Assembly: GCA_965200315.1 (NCBI GenBank)
Contig: OZ241362.1
Location: 5,184,001-5,248,000 of the forward strand
Origin: Candidatus Latescibacterota bacterium
Lineage (GTDB): Bacteria; Latescibacterota; UBA2968; UBA8231
Reading direction: 5' to 3'
Length of the DNA stretch: 64,000 nt
A program made the translations under genes and the position numbers. Shown here one piece after another: positions 9,050 through 17,224 of this stretch (position 1 is its first letter; each line of letters starts with the position of its first letter). The notes beneath the pieces were generated by a model. That model searched no databases, had not been told where the DNA came from, and saw nothing but the letters and a program-made list of their open reading frames with translations.

Positions 9050-11374
9050 CTAGTAGGCCACGGCCACGATGCGTTGCACGCTGCGATCTCCAGTGTCGCC
9101 AGCGATGTGTAGCTCGGCTATGTAGAGGCCGGGCGACACGCGCTGGCCGCGCAGGTCGCGGCCGTCCCAGTGCCAGGCGATGTGGCCGGCTTGCCCAGCC
9201 CGCTCTTGGGCGAAAAGCAGCCGGCCGGACAAATCGTAGAGCCGCAGGTGCAAAGGGCGAGCGGAGAGCACGTTGATGAGGCTGAATGAAATGAGGAGTT
9301 GGTCGTTGATCCCATCGCCGTTAGGCGTAATGAGCGCGGGGCTGAAGGAGAGGCCGGCAAAAAGCTGGTCGGCGACGGGCAGGCGCACGACGTTGGAACT
9401 GCTCTCGACTTGGGGGGCAGCGTCGCCGGGGTCAACGAGTTGCCGCGTTTGCGCCTTTTGGCTGTCTTCTAAGAAGGCGTCGAAGCGGGTTGCCTGTAGG
9501 TAAATAGGGGCCGTAAAGCGGAGTTCGACGAGTTGGCGGCTGCGGATGCGGCGCGGAAAGGTGGCGCGAAAGCCCTGCGCGAGGGTATCGGCGACCACCT
9601 CGACAGGCTCGCCATCGACCAAGGCGGCGTCAAAGCGGGGGACGGTGGTGGCTTCAATGGCGATCTGGTCGAAGCCGTCTCGGGTCGTCGCAGGCCGCAG
9701 GAAGTAGGAAAACAGGGTCTCTTGGCCAGGCGCGACCTGAAGGGGGAACACTTCGCCGACGACCTCAGACGCCAGTGGATCGGAGAAGTTGACGGCCAGC
9801 GAGTTGAAGTGGGGAGCCTGCGTCGGACTGTCGGACACCAAGCGCACATCGAGTTCCATAAAGCGGCGCGGAGAAGGCGACTGGAAGACCGCGCCCGACG
9901 CGCTGTACATATTGCTCCAAGGGCTCCAGTCCGCCCCGGCAATGCGCGTGGTGTCGATCTTGCCCTTAAAACTGGGGATTAGTTTGTTGTAGCGCTTCTC
10001 GGTTACTTCTCTACCGTTTTTGTCGTAAAAAGTGTATTGCTCTACTATTTCGTTCCCCGTGCGCGAGCGGATTTCGACGTGGGTGCCTAAAGGGGTCTGG
10101 GCCTGCCAGTCAAGCGAGTTGAGGTTCTTGCCGCTGCCTAGGTCGATGAGCGGCGAGCGGAGACGGACCGCAAGGGGATAGCCCTCGCCGTACACTTGGA
10201 TTTCCTCGGCCGAGCCGTTGGCATAGCAGCCCCAGCGCGAGGAGGCGTCGGTCGCACTCGCGGCACAGGTGGCGTCCCAGATCAGCCAGGCAATGCGGAC
10301 GTAGCGGGCTGGTAGGGTGGGGAACTGGTGGTCGGCTAGCCCGGCTCTGTGGTTTTCGCTGTTGGGGAACCCGGCAAAGTGCCGCGTCCAGATGCGGGTG
10401 CCGTCCGGGGCGATGGTGCCGTCCGAGGTGAGGACCTCGTAATTTTTGTAGCTAAAAGAACGCGGACCGCTGGCCCCGGCTCGGGTGCGCAGCAGGTGTT
10501 CGCCAAAGCCGCCGCGGATGGCTATGCCGGTAATCAGGCGCACGAAGTCCACTGGATAGACGGCCCCTAAGTCGATGGTGATGTGGCTCCAAGTGTTGTA
10601 GGTGTTGCGCGGCTCGCGCCCGTTGCGCCAGCGGTTGAAGATCGAGCCATCGACTAGGTTTAGCGCGTTGCCCAAGGTGACCTCTTCGGCGCGGACAAAG
10701 GCGTCGATGACTATGTCGATAGCTCCGCCGCGCTCGACGAGGTTGAGGGTGAGATTGTCGCCGATGCTTTTGACCTCGACGGCGACGAGCCGGGCGTTGG
10801 GGACATGCTTGAGGTTGCGGATTTGCAGGTAGCGGATCGGCGTCAGGTAGAGCGCGTCGCCGGGGGCGAATGCGACGCGGTGGCGCGCGTTTTCCTTGAA
10901 GCGTTCCTTGATGCGGTAGATCAGGGAGCCTTCGACTGGATTGGCTACTTGGTCGAGTTGCGGCTCGCCGGAGGAGAGCAAGAGATCGAACAGCTCAAAG
11001 GGGGGCGCGGCGGCGGCGAAGACCAAGGCAATGCTATGCGCCGAGACGCTGCGGCCGAGGTCGATTTCCACAAACCAGTCGTCTGGATCGTCGGCCGGGT
11101 TGGGTGCCCAGCCGGTCGCTGGGTTGCCGTCGAGGAGTGCGTTGGCGGCGCTGGGATTGGAGCCGGCTCGGTGGATGCCGCCGCCTAAAGCTGTGGCGTC
11201 GAGCACGGCATCTACGCCCTTTTGGATGTGCATCGGTTGGATCGCTCCAGTAGACGCGATTTTGACTGCGCCCACTGGCACCTGCCAGTCGCGCCAATCG
11301 CGCACCGAGTCAAAGCGCAACTGATCGGCGTCAGCGGTGGCGACCAAGCAGAGAGACAAAAGGACGATGAACAT
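9050..11374 (-). CDS. Secreted protein with discoidin/galactose-binding-like domains and C-terminal FlgD-Ig-like domain
   Basis: Signal peptide. LLDGNPATGW...WFVEIDLG and DLG discoidin-like motifs. C-terminal TPNGDGIND...WDGRD...PGLY. Confidence 0.7.
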   Translation of the reverse strand: MFIVLLSLCLVATADADQLRFDSVRDWRDWQVPVGAVKIASTGAIQPMHIQKGVDAVLDATALGGGIHRAGSNPSAANALLDGNPATGWAPNPADDPDDWFVEIDLGRSVSAHSIALVFAAAAPPFELFDLLLSSGEPQLDQVANPVEGSLIYRIKERFKENARHRVAFAPGDALYLTPIRYLQIRNLKHVPNARLVAVEVKSIGDNLTLNLVERGGAIDIVIDAFVRAEEVTLGNALNLVDGSIFNRWRNGREPRNTYNTWSHITIDLGAVYPVDFVRLITGIAIRGGFGEHLLRTRAGASGPRSFSYKNYEVLTSDGTIAPDGTRIWTRHFAGFPNSENHRAGLADHQFPTLPARYVRIAWLIWDATCAASATDASSRWGCYANGSAEEIQVYGEGYPLAVRLRSPLIDLGSGKNLNSLDWQAQTPLGTHVEIRSRTGNEIVEQYTFYDKNGREVTEKRYNKLIPSFKGKIDTTRIAGADWSPWSNMYSASGAVFQSPSPRRFMELDVRLVSDSPTQAPHFNSLAVNFSDPLASEVVGEVFPLQVAPGQETLFSYFLRPATTRDGFDQIAIEATTVPRFDAALVDGEPVEVVADTLAQGFRATFPRRIRSRQLVELRFTAPIYLQATRFDAFLEDSQKAQTRQLVDPGDAAPQVESSSNVVRLPVADQLFAGLSFSPALITPNGDGINDQLLISFSLINVLSARPLHLRLYDLSGRLLFAQERAGQAGHIAWHWDGRDLRGQRVSPGLYIAELHIAGDTGDRSVQRIVAVAY

Positions 11375-11385
11375 GGGTTAGACGC

Positions 11386-13818
11386 TCAGCGCAACAAGAG
11401 CAACTTGCGCACTTGGACCTGCTCACCAGCGCGCAGGCGATAAGTGTAAACGCCAGTGGCCAGTCGCTCACCAGCGTCGTTGCGCCCGTCCCAATGAGCA
11501 GTGTAGTACCCAACTGAGTGCCAGCCGCGTACGAGGCGGGCGACCTTTTGGCCGGCGAGGTTGTAAATGGCTAATTCGATGTCGGCCGCTTGCGGCAGCG
11601 CGAAGCCGAGGCTGCTGCTGCTGTTGAAGGGGTTGGGGACGTTTTGGGCGAGAGCTAAGGCAGCGGGTTGGTCCGTGCGGAACACTTCTGTGACGGCCGT
11701 CGGCACGTGCGGCGCGGCCGGAATGCGCGTCACTAGGCGCACATCGTCTAGGTAGAAGGTGCCCGTCATATTGCCCTCAAAGCGGAGGGCGTCGATCCAG
11801 TCCACTTGGTCGCGGAGGCCGGGGCCGTAGTGGTTGGGCTGGTCGAAGGCCGTGAAGGGGATTTCTAAGACCTGCCACTCGCGGCGCGAAAAGTCGAGAT
11901 GGAACTGCTCGGGATCGCGCGCCAAATCCACGCCAAGGCCGTCGATAAAGAGGACGAAGATGGGAAAGGTGGGCAGCTCGATGTCGCCGGGATGGAAGGC
12001 GAAGCGCACGCCAGCAAAACCGAGGGGATCGACGGGTGCGGTCGGACTAAATTCGATGGTCCACGGGGTGTAGAAGTTTTTGGGCTCCGCCTCGACCGCG
12101 ACGGTGCGGGTGCCGTAGAAGATGGGCCCCTCGCCTGTGACCTGCATTTGGGCACTGCTGTCGCCGACCAACTGCCAGTCGGCAGCTACGCGCTCGTCGA
12201 AAACGGACAAGTCCGGCGGCAGGAGGGTGATTTGGTGGATAAAGTCGATGCCCTTGAAAGCGCCATCGACCTCCTGTTCGAGGCGCACGACCACTTCGTA
12301 GAAGCCCTTGGGCAAGTTGGCGGTCTCCAAGCGGGTGTCGAGTTGGTAGGTCTGGTCGTCGAGAGCAACTAGCGGCAGGTCTGCCGGGCCGCCCAAGGAA
12401 CGTAGGTCTGCGGTTAGGCGCGGCGGTCCGCCGTCGGGGACGAGCCGTGCGAGGCGCACTGTGGCGTGGACTCGGAGCGCGTCGCCGATGGACAGGGTGT
12501 CGGGCATCTGGTGTTCCCACGAGCCGCCGATGGGACTGTAGGTGATTTTGATGACCAGTTCGTTGCGGTTATCGCTGGTGACGTATAGACTGCCCTCGGC
12601 GTCGCTGGCAAGCCCGACGGGGAATCCCCAGACATCGCCTTGCGTCTCGCCGGCTTGAAAGCCGGTGATAAAGCTGCCCATGCGGGCGTCGCTGCCATCG
12701 GGTTGGCTAAAGAGCGCGGCGACTAGGTAGCCGGGGTGCGACGAGAGCTTGGCTTTGCCGGCGCGGAAGGCGACGAAGGCGGCGTTGTGGTAGCGGGAGG
12801 GAAACTGGTCGCCGGTGTAGAAGTGGAGGCCCATGGGTGCGTAGTGGGCTGGGACCAAGGCCACCGGGCGTTTTTGGGTGGCGGCGAGGAGGCTGTCTTG
12901 GCGGGTGATGGGCAGTGCTTTTTCGTAGCCAGCAATGGTAAAGTCGCTCCAGACTTGGTGGCTGTGGACCAAAGGATAGCCCATAAAGTCTTGGTCGCCG
13001 ATGATGTCAATCCACTCCGGTGGGCGCGTGCGGCCTTCGAGGTCGTGGCCGTTGTGATTGGCCCACAGCTCATTGGTCTGCGGGTGGAAGTCCATGCCGA
13101 TGGTGTGGCGGATGCCAGTGGCAAAGATGCGGCGACCGCGGCCGTCGGGATTGAATTGCAAGATGGTGCCGCGCTCGGGGTGGTGAGGCACGGGGTTGTT
13201 GGTGTTGCCGACGACCTGAAAGCCCGCGTCCATGCGGCACAGGTCGCAGGGTGAGCCGACCGACAGATACATTTTGTCGTTGCGGCGATCGACGACGAGG
13301 GTGCGGGTATCGTGCCAACCCTCCGAAGGAACGTCGGGCAGGACGACTTCTTCTTGTTCGTATACTAGGTCGCCATCGGTGTCGCGCACGCGGATGACTT
13401 GGTGTTCCTCGGCGACGTAGAGCGCGTCTTTGTAGAACAGGAGGCTGTGGGCTTCTCTGAGGCCGCGCAGGGCGATGATGCGCTCGTCGGCCACGCCATC
13501 GCGATTGCGGTCGGGCAGGGCGACGATCTGGCCAGCGCCCATGTTGGCCACGTGCAACACGCCATTGGGGTCAAAGGCCATAAAGCGGGGTCTGCGCAGG
13601 CCCTCGTGGGCGAAGACGCGGGCCGAGAAGTGAGGGGGAAGGTTGAGCACCAAGCCTTGGGGCACGGCACCACGAAAGGCTTCGGGCACAATGAGTGGGG
13701 TCGGCTGCAAGCCCAGATCAACTTCGGGGACTAGCGTCCCAGCGGGGTAGCCTTCGTCTTGGGCCAGCCCGGCAGCGGCGAAGCGGAGAGCGAAGGCGAA
13801 TGATATGACGATGTACAT
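11386..13818 (-). CDS. Secreted PQQ-dependent sugar (sorbosone/glucose) dehydrogenase-family protein with FlgD/T9SS-like tail
   Basis: Signal peptide, LSVGSPCD, FATGIR, HYAPMGLHFY. C-terminal QNVPNPFN...WDGRNDAG...GVY. Confidence 0.8.
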   Translation of the reverse strand: MYIVISFAFALRFAAAGLAQDEGYPAGTLVPEVDLGLQPTPLIVPEAFRGAVPQGLVLNLPPHFSARVFAHEGLRRPRFMAFDPNGVLHVANMGAGQIVALPDRNRDGVADERIIALRGLREAHSLLFYKDALYVAEEHQVIRVRDTDGDLVYEQEEVVLPDVPSEGWHDTRTLVVDRRNDKMYLSVGSPCDLCRMDAGFQVVGNTNNPVPHHPERGTILQFNPDGRGRRIFATGIRHTIGMDFHPQTNELWANHNGHDLEGRTRPPEWIDIIGDQDFMGYPLVHSHQVWSDFTIAGYEKALPITRQDSLLAATQKRPVALVPAHYAPMGLHFYTGDQFPSRYHNAAFVAFRAGKAKLSSHPGYLVAALFSQPDGSDARMGSFITGFQAGETQGDVWGFPVGLASDAEGSLYVTSDNRNELVIKITYSPIGGSWEHQMPDTLSIGDALRVHATVRLARLVPDGGPPRLTADLRSLGGPADLPLVALDDQTYQLDTRLETANLPKGFYEVVVRLEQEVDGAFKGIDFIHQITLLPPDLSVFDERVAADWQLVGDSSAQMQVTGEGPIFYGTRTVAVEAEPKNFYTPWTIEFSPTAPVDPLGFAGVRFAFHPGDIELPTFPIFVLFIDGLGVDLARDPEQFHLDFSRREWQVLEIPFTAFDQPNHYGPGLRDQVDWIDALRFEGNMTGTFYLDDVRLVTRIPAAPHVPTAVTEVFRTDQPAALALAQNVPNPFNSSSSLGFALPQAADIELAIYNLAGQKVARLVRGWHSVGYYTAHWDGRNDAGERLATGVYTYRLRAGEQVQVRKLLLLR

Positions 13819-13981
13819 GGAGAATTTTTGGGGGTGGGATAGGTATTCGTCCCTAAATTAGCATTTTTTGTACTAGGTGTGTCAATAATCCTAATTGTAG
13901 AATAAGTCGCCAGTGGCAAGTGCCCTATTGGAAGCAGACAGGCACTTTGCACTTTTTACTCAGTCGGAGGAGCGGATACTG

Positions 13982-14821
13982 ATGCCCCTTATGCCGCTTA
14001 TAGGACGCATTGTGTTAGGAATCGCCGTGCTACTTGTGGTGGGCTACGTTTTGGCTGCGGCCTATCTCTACTTTTTTCAGGAAAAATTCATTTACAAGCC
14101 GAGTACCCGCGTTGCGGTCACGCCGGCTGCGGTGGGAATGCGCTACGAGGAAGTCTCGCTAGTCGCCAGCGATGGGGTGCGCCTGAGTGGATGGTACCTG
14201 CCGTTGGCCGATGCGCGAGGCACGGTGCTTTTTTGCCATGGGAATGCGGGCAATATATCGAATCTGCTTGGAGTGGCCGCGGATGCGCACCGGTTGGGCT
14301 TGGGAATTTTGTTGTTTGACTATCGAGGCTATGGTCAAAGTGAGGGTACGCTCTCTGAGGAAGGTACGCACCGCGATGCAGAGGCGGCTTGGAACTACTT
14401 GGTGCAAGAAGCCGGGCTGGCCCCGGAGCAGATTGCGATTATCGGTCGGTCGCTGGGCGGGCCAATGGCCGCACGGCTGGCGCGAGACAGGCAGCCGGCC
14501 GCCCTGTTCTTGGAGGCGACTTTTACCTCCATACCCGAGCTGGGCCGCGAGCTGTATCCGATTTTTCCGGTCGATTTGCTCGCCCGCTACGAGTATCCCA
14601 CGTTGGAGTACCTAAAGCAGGTACAATGCCCGGTGCTAGTGAGCCACAGCCGCGATGACAAGTTTATTGTATTCGCACACGGCCAGCGGCTGTACGAGGC
14701 CGCCAGCCAGCCTAAGGCATTTACCGCGCTGCGGGGTGGCCATAGTTCGGCCTTTAGCGAGGATGCGGCCGCGTATGAAGCCGGGGTGGAGGCGTTTTTG
14801 ACGCGGGTGCTGGGGTGGTAG
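13982..14821 (+). CDS. Alpha/beta hydrolase (ABHD12/13-like), membrane anchored
   Basis: N-terminal TM segment, HGNAGN, DYRGYG, GRSLG nucleophile elbow, Asp/His triad residues. Confidence 0.85.
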   Translation: MPLMPLIGRIVLGIAVLLVVGYVLAAAYLYFFQEKFIYKPSTRVAVTPAAVGMRYEEVSLVASDGVRLSGWYLPLADARGTVLFCHGNAGNISNLLGVAADAHRLGLGILLFDYRGYGQSEGTLSEEGTHRDAEAAWNYLVQEAGLAPEQIAIIGRSLGGPMAARLARDRQPAALFLEATFTSIPELGRELYPIFPVDLLARYEYPTLEYLKQVQCPVLVSHSRDDKFIVFAHGQRLYEAASQPKAFTALRGGHSSAFSEDAAAYEAGVEAFLTRVLGW

Positions 14822-14912
14822 GCTGCATTCCCTGGCGCGGCGCATAGACGCTTTGCCACCGCCTTTAATCATTTGAGAATAGTATGTAGCCCATAAACTA
14901 TTGGAGGTAGAG

Positions 14913-16130
14913 ATGAACAAAAACAAGGGCGAGGTCGTCCGATTGGCGATAGTGGGGTGCGGCGGTATGGCTGGGGCACATCTGCGGGGATACGAAGAGC
15001 TGTTGGAAAAAGGCGAGACGCGGTTCCGCATTGTCGCGGCTGTCGATGAGGTGCCCGCCCGCGCCGAGGATTTTGCTGTGCGCATCAACGGGTTCGCCGG
15101 CTGGGAGGTCAATGTCTATGCGAGCGTAGCCGAGCTGCTGGCCGGGGAAGACGCGCTCGATGGGGCCGATATATGCAGCCCGCACGGTTTGCACCACGTA
15201 CTGGCCTGCGAGCTGCTAGAGGGCGGAGTGAACGTGCTGGTCGAAAAGCCGATTGGGGTCACGGTGCGGGCCTCGAAGAAGATCGCGCAGACAGCGCAGC
15301 GCTGCGGACGGGTCGCTGCCACGGCCGAGCAGTGCCGCCGTGCCCTCGGCCAGCGCGCGATTCACTGGGCTTTCAACGACGGCCTGTTGGGTGCGCCGAA
15401 GATGTGGTGGGCCGTGCAGGCCGGGTGGAACGATCCGGCCCAAGTGCCCAATTGGCACTGGCGCCTGGATCGCAAGTTGGGCGGTTGTGGCATGGTCATG
15501 GACAGCGGGGCGCACTGGGTTGACACCATGCGCTATTGGTTCGGCGAAATAGAGAGCGTGTACGCCCGGGTTGAGCAGATCTACCCGCGCCCCCATCGCC
15601 AAGGCGAGGAAATCGTCCATAGCGCGTCCGAGGACTTTTGGACCAGCATATTCAACTTCAAGAGCGGCTTAATCGGCACGTGGTCGTGGACGATCAGCGC
15701 GCCGGGCAAGGGCTTTACCCAACTGACGCTGAGCGGCGAGAAAGGGTCGATCATCGACACGGACATCTTCCACCCGGCCGCCTTTCAGGCCAATGGTGAG
15801 TGCCAGCTCGCCGACGGGACCACGCACAGTATGTCCGAGTTGCAAGAAATGTACTTGGCAACTCTGAGTGAGAAGGAAAAGGACGCGCTCTTCCCCTATG
15901 GGATCACCGGCGGGGTGACGCTGGAGTTGTGGGATTTTATCGACGCGCTGAGCGAGGGGCGGCCAGTGGAAATCGGCGCGGAGGAAGGCTTGCGCAGCAA
16001 GGCCGTCAGCGAGGCCATTTACGAATCTGGCCACTCTGGGCAGGTGGTACAGGTCGCCGATGTGCTGACGGGCAAGATCGACGCCTACCAGCGCGACGTC
16101 GACGAGGCGTGGGGGCTAGATACCGATTAG
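14913..16130 (+). CDS. Gfo/Idh/MocA family oxidoreductase
   Basis: GCGGMA Rossmann motif, VEKPI, DSGAHWVD. Confidence 0.88.
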   Translation: MNKNKGEVVRLAIVGCGGMAGAHLRGYEELLEKGETRFRIVAAVDEVPARAEDFAVRINGFAGWEVNVYASVAELLAGEDALDGADICSPHGLHHVLACELLEGGVNVLVEKPIGVTVRASKKIAQTAQRCGRVAATAEQCRRALGQRAIHWAFNDGLLGAPKMWWAVQAGWNDPAQVPNWHWRLDRKLGGCGMVMDSGAHWVDTMRYWFGEIESVYARVEQIYPRPHRQGEEIVHSASEDFWTSIFNFKSGLIGTWSWTISAPGKGFTQLTLSGEKGSIIDTDIFHPAAFQANGECQLADGTTHSMSELQEMYLATLSEKEKDALFPYGITGGVTLELWDFIDALSEGRPVEIGAEEGLRSKAVSEAIYESGHSGQVVQVADVLTGKIDAYQRDVDEAWGLDTD

Positions 16131-17132
16131 GCGGAGCCAGAGCCGCTTTAGGGCTTGGTCGGTGCGCTGGGCATCGAATGGGCTGTTGGTGCGCTGGAGG
16201 TCGGCGATGCGCTCGGGATGAGATGGATCCGGCAACAGGCGGAACGTGAAGAGGTACGCGCCGGTAGAATCGAGGTAGAAGTCGGAGCGGCCAAAGCGCA
16301 GGTCGTAGAAGTAGAGCGCGTCATCGCGGTGCTCCACTCGATAGTACCCGCGAGAAAACCAGAACAGGTGCTGGATGGGTGGGTCGTCGCGCCGGGGAGC
16401 GATGAGGTGGGTGTTGCGCTCGATGCGGCGGAAGCGGATCGCCGAGTCGTCGAGCAGGGAGTACAGCCCGGCCCACAGGTGATCGTCCTCGCCAGCCAAG
16501 CCCGACCACAGTACGGCGTTGAACGGGGTCGGTGCGACGTACAGACGCTCGTAGGGGATGCCTTGTTCGTCTAGTGCTTGGGCAAAGGTGCTGCGCACGT
16601 GCAGGCAGATCGCAGCGGTAGCGAGCAGGTACGCCGTGCTCAAGCCGAGGCCCAGCGCGTTGAGTCGCCGCCGCCAGTGCAATCGCCGCTGGCATAGGGC
16701 GGCGATGAGGCCGAAGGCTAAGGGCAGGGTATAGAGCGGGTCTATGACGAAGATGGAACCGAAGGCGACCGGGTAATTGCTGAACGGACTGAACAATTGG
16801 GTGCCGTACCCGGTGAAGCAGTCGAGGAGGGCGTGCGTGAGAATCGCCCAGAACGCCAGCGCGGCCCACTCGCGCCAGCTTGCGGCGCGGTGTAGCTTAG
16901 ACAGTGCCCAACCCATCCCAAGGCCGCCGCCTACCGCAAAGAGCAGGGAGTGCGATACCCAGCGGTGAAAGTCCAATTGGTCGGCCCCCGACAAAAAGGC
17001 CGCGCCCAACACGTCGAGGTCTGGGAGGACGCCCAAGGCCGCGCCCCACAGGGGGGCTTTGTTGCCAACCTTGTTGCCTAAAACCTTTTCGCCGACGGCC
17101 GCGCCGAGCGCGATTTGCGTAACGCTATCCAT
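16116..17132 (-). CDS. Membrane metal-dependent hydrolase (YdjM/LexA-binding family)
   Basis: MDSVTQ start, PDLD, HRxxSHS, HxLLDxFTxYG. Confidence 0.85.
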   Translation of the reverse strand: MDSVTQIALGAAVGEKVLGNKVGNKAPLWGAALGVLPDLDVLGAAFLSGADQLDFHRWVSHSLLFAVGGGLGMGWALSKLHRAASWREWAALAFWAILTHALLDCFTGYGTQLFSPFSNYPVAFGSIFVIDPLYTLPLAFGLIAALCQRRLHWRRRLNALGLGLSTAYLLATAAICLHVRSTFAQALDEQGIPYERLYVAPTPFNAVLWSGLAGEDDHLWAGLYSLLDDSAIRFRRIERNTHLIAPRRDDPPIQHLFWFSRGYYRVEHRDDALYFYDLRFGRSDFYLDSTGAYLFTFRLLPDPSHPERIADLQRTNSPFDAQRTDQALKRLWLRLIGI

Positions 17133-17224
17133 AAGGAGCTGTTAGATTTGCAGAGAACAACGTACCAAAAAAACGCCGCGTGTGCATGAGGGCGGCCCGG
17201 CCCGAGAAAGTCTATCAGATCAAT

